From Mobula hypostoma (Eukaryota): 64,000 nt of DNA. Each line of letters begins with the position of its first letter. Position 1 is the stretch's first letter. The stretch covers positions 236,098,001 to 236,162,000 of the forward strand of contig NC_086097.1 in assembly GCF_963921235.1 (NCBI RefSeq). Direction: 5' to 3'. This document shows, in pieces, positions 60,791 to 64,000 of the stretch. The notes under the pieces were generated by a model. That model was not told where the DNA came from and made no database searches. It saw only the letters and a program-made list of their open reading frames with translations. The position numbers were made by a program, and so were the translations under genes.

Positions 60791-63700
60791 AGTGGGAAAG
60801 TGAAGAGCCAGAGGTTGTGGTACATATTGGTACCAACAACATAGGTAGGAAAAGGGAGGAGGTCCTGAAAACAGACTACAGGGAATTAGGAAGGAAGTTA
60901 AGAAGCAGGATCTCAGAGGTAGTTATCTCGGTATTACTGAGATTAAGAAAGGATTTAGGAGAGCTCGAAAGGGGCATGAGAAGGCCTTGGCATGCAGGAT
61001 TAAAGAGAACCCCAAGGCGTTCCATGCATATGTGCGGAACAGAAGGATGACAAGAATGAAGGTGGGGCCACTAAAGGGTAAAGAAGCCAACATGTGTCTG
61101 GAGGCGGAGGAGGTTGGGGAGGTCCTAAATGAATACTTTGCTTCAGTATTCACAAGTGAAAAGGACCTTGATCAGGGTGAGGTCAAAATAGAACAGGCCT
61201 GTGTGCAGGACAATGTGGAGATTAAGGAAAAAGAAGTGTTGGATCTTCTTAAAAACATCAAGATTCATAAGTCCCCAGGGCCGGACATGATATACCCCAG
61301 GTTGCTGTGGGAAGTGAGAGAAGAGATAGCTGGAGCAGTAGCTGTGATCTTTGAATCCTCCTTGGCTGCCTAAATGACCTGGATGAAGAGGCAGAAGGAT
61401 GGGTGAGTAAGTTTGCGGATGACACGAAGATTGGAGGAGCTGCGGGTTGTCGAAGGTTACAAGAGGATATAGACAGGATGCAGAGTTTGGTAGAAAAGTG
61501 GCAGATGGAGTTCAATTTGGATAAGTGTGATGTAATGCATTTTGGAAGGACAAATCAGAAGGCTGAGTACAGGGTTAATGGTTAGTTACTTAAGAGTGTG
61601 ATGAACAGAGGGACCTTGGGGATCAAATCCATACATCCCTCAAGGTTTCTGCACAGGTTGATAGGATAGTTAAGAAAGCCTATGGGATGCTAGGCTTTCT
61701 TAATAGGGGGATTGAGTTCAAGAGTAGAGAGGTCAAGTTGCAATTCTACAAATCTCTGGTGAGACCACATTTAGAGTAATGCATTCATTTCTGGTCACCT
61801 CATTATAGGAAGGATGTGGAAGCTATGGAGAGGGTGCAGAGGAGATTGACAAGGATGTTGCCTGGATTGGAAAACAAGTCTTATGAGGCAAAGTTAGCAG
61901 AGCTGGGACTTTTCACTTTGGCGCGTAGAAGGATGATAGAGGTCTCCAAGATTATGAGAGGCATAGATAGCAAACACCAGAAGGCATATGTACAAAGTTA
62001 AAGGAGGGAAGTTTAGGGGAGACATCAGGGGTAATTTTTTACACAGATGGTTGTAAGTGCCTGGAATGAATTGCCAGGGATTGTGGTGGAGGCTAAAACA
62101 TTAGACATGCACATGGACAAAAGAAAAATAGAGGGTTACGGGGTTGTGTGGGTTTAGTACGGTTTTTTAAAGGAATTTACGGGTCGGCACAACATTAAGG
62201 GCCAAAAGGTCTGTACCGTGCTATAGTATTCTAGTGTCTAGTGTCTAGCGTCTACTGACTGTGTCGCGTGACAGTGAGTATAGGAATAGAGTGTGTTGTT
62301 GGATAAATGTGTGGCTGAGGGATTAGAGCAGGGGGCAGGGATTCAGATTTCTGGATCATTGGGACCTCTTTGGGGGCAGGTGTGACCTGTACAAAAAGGA
62401 TGGATTGCACTTGAATCGGAGGGGGACCAATATCCTGGCAGGGAGGTTTGCTAAGGCTGTCAGGGAGAGTTTAAACTAGAATTGCTGGGTGGTGGGAACC
62501 AGATTGAAGAGACGTAGAAAGGGGTGGTTGGCTCACAAATCGAGAAAGTTTGTAGACAGGGCGAGAGGGAGGATAGGCAGGTGATAGAGAAGGGATGCAC
62601 TCAGACTGATGGTTTGAGATGTGTGTATTTTAATGCAAGAAACATCATAAACAAAGTGGATGAACTTAGAGCGTGGATCAGTACTTGGAGCTATGATGTT
62701 GTGGCCACTACAGAGACTTTAATGGCTCAGGGGCAGGAATAGTTACTTAGAGTGCCAGGCTTTAGATGTTTCATAAAGGACAGGGAGGGAGGCAAAAGAG
62801 GTGGGGGCATGGCACTGCTGATCAGAGATAGTGTCACGGCTGCAGAAAAGGAGGAGCTCTTGGAGGGGTTGTCTACAGAGTTACTGTGGGTGGAAGTTAG
62901 GAACAGGAAGGTGTCAATAACTCTACTAGATTTTTTTTTATAGACAACCCAATAGTAACAGGGACATCGAGGAGCAGATAGGGAGACAGAATCTGAAAAG
63001 GTGTGAAAATAACAGGGTTGTCATGGTGGGAGATATTACTTTCCCAAATATTGATTGGCATCTCCCTAGAGCAAGGGGTTTAGATGGTGTGGAGTTTGTT
63101 AGGTGTGTTCAGGAAGGTGTCCTGACACAATATGAAGATAAGCTTACAAGAGGAGAGGCTGTACTTGATCTGGTATGGGAAATGAACCTGGTCAGGTGTC
63201 AGGTCTCTCAGTGGGAGAGCATTTTAGAGATAGTGATCACAATTCTATCTCATTTACCATAACATTGAAGAGGGATAGGAACAGACAAGTTAGGAAAACG
63301 TTTAATTGGAGTAAAGGGAAATATGAGGCTATCAGGCAGGAACTTGGAAGCATAAAGGGGAGCAGATGTTCTCAGGAAAATGTACGGCAGAAAAGTGGCA
63401 AAAGTTCAGGGGATATTTGTGTGATGTTCTGCATAGGTACGTTCCAAAGACACAGGGAATGGATGGTAGGGTACAGGAACTGTGATGTACAAAGGCTGTT
63501 GAAAATCTAGCCAAGAAGAAAAGCTTACGAAAGGTTCAAAAAAACTAAGTGAAGATAGCGATCTAGAAGATTATAAGACTAGCAGGAGGGAGTATAAGAA
63601 TGAAAATAGGAGAGACAGAATGGGCCATGAGAAGGCCTTGGTGAGCAGGATTAAGGAAAACCCCAAGGCATTCTACAAGTATGTGGAGAGCAAGAGAATA

Positions 63701-64000
63701 AAACGTGAGAGAATAGGACCTATCAAGTATGACAGTGGAAAAGTGTGTATGGGTCCGGAGGAGATGGCAGAAGTACTTAATGAATACTTTGCATCAGTAT
63801 TCACTACAGAAAAAGATTTTGGTGATTGTAGCGATGACTTGCAGTGGACTGAAAAGCTTGCTTATATTGACATTAAGAAAGAGGAAATGCTGCAGCTTTT
63901 GGAAAGCATCAAGTTGGATAAATCTCTGGGACTGGACGAGATGTACCCCAGGCTACTGTGGGAGGTGAGGGAGGAGACTGCTGAGCCTATGGCAATGATC
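60791..64000 (+). mobile_element. CR1 LINE: ORF1 SGNH-esterase C-terminus (60791-60940, 62253-62479) plus ORF2 start, running off the window
   Basis: VVHIGTNNIG...VVISVLL and RFLDHWDLF..DLYKKDGLHLN; ORF2 CVYFNARNIINKVDEL, SDHNSISF. Confidence 0.85.
60941..62252 (+). mobile_element. CR1 LINE with internal deletion, nested in another CR1's ORF1
   Basis: 6-bp TSD tactga; KSPGPDMIYPRLL jumps to SKFADDTKIGG at ~61370; (tctagtg)n tail. Confidence 0.85.

Overview
AT-rich vertebrate intronic or intergenic DNA made mostly of transposable elements. The repeat mix (CR1 LINEs with ORF1 esterase, Rex1/Babar-like LINEs, HE1/V-SINE-like SINEs, Penelope remnants) suggests a cartilaginous fish, probably a ray; this is inference. 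No host protein-coding exon could be identified with confidence. Best-supported elements: (1) a 5'-truncated L1 with an uninterrupted 1258-aa ORF2 and a 16-bp TSD (26114-30803); (2) a two-LTR Gmr1-like Gypsy element that keeps SCAN-type gag, zinc knuckle and protease but only scraps of integrase and RT (16082-20977); (3) a complete minus-strand Gypsy element whose single gag-pol frame is broken only by four point stops (51284-55658); (4) Penelope-like element (PLE) remnants, one carrying an intact minimal type-I hammerhead ribozyme (10792-10827), plus PLE-derived fold-back hairpins; (5) many CR1, Rex1, SINE, Tc1 and hAT fragments, including an ~11-kb multi-level nest (23250-34095). Coordinates of degenerate fragments are approximate. 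I did not find a clearly new biological system. The most promising leads are the ribozyme-bearing PLE/hairpin family and the gag-protease-only LTR element.
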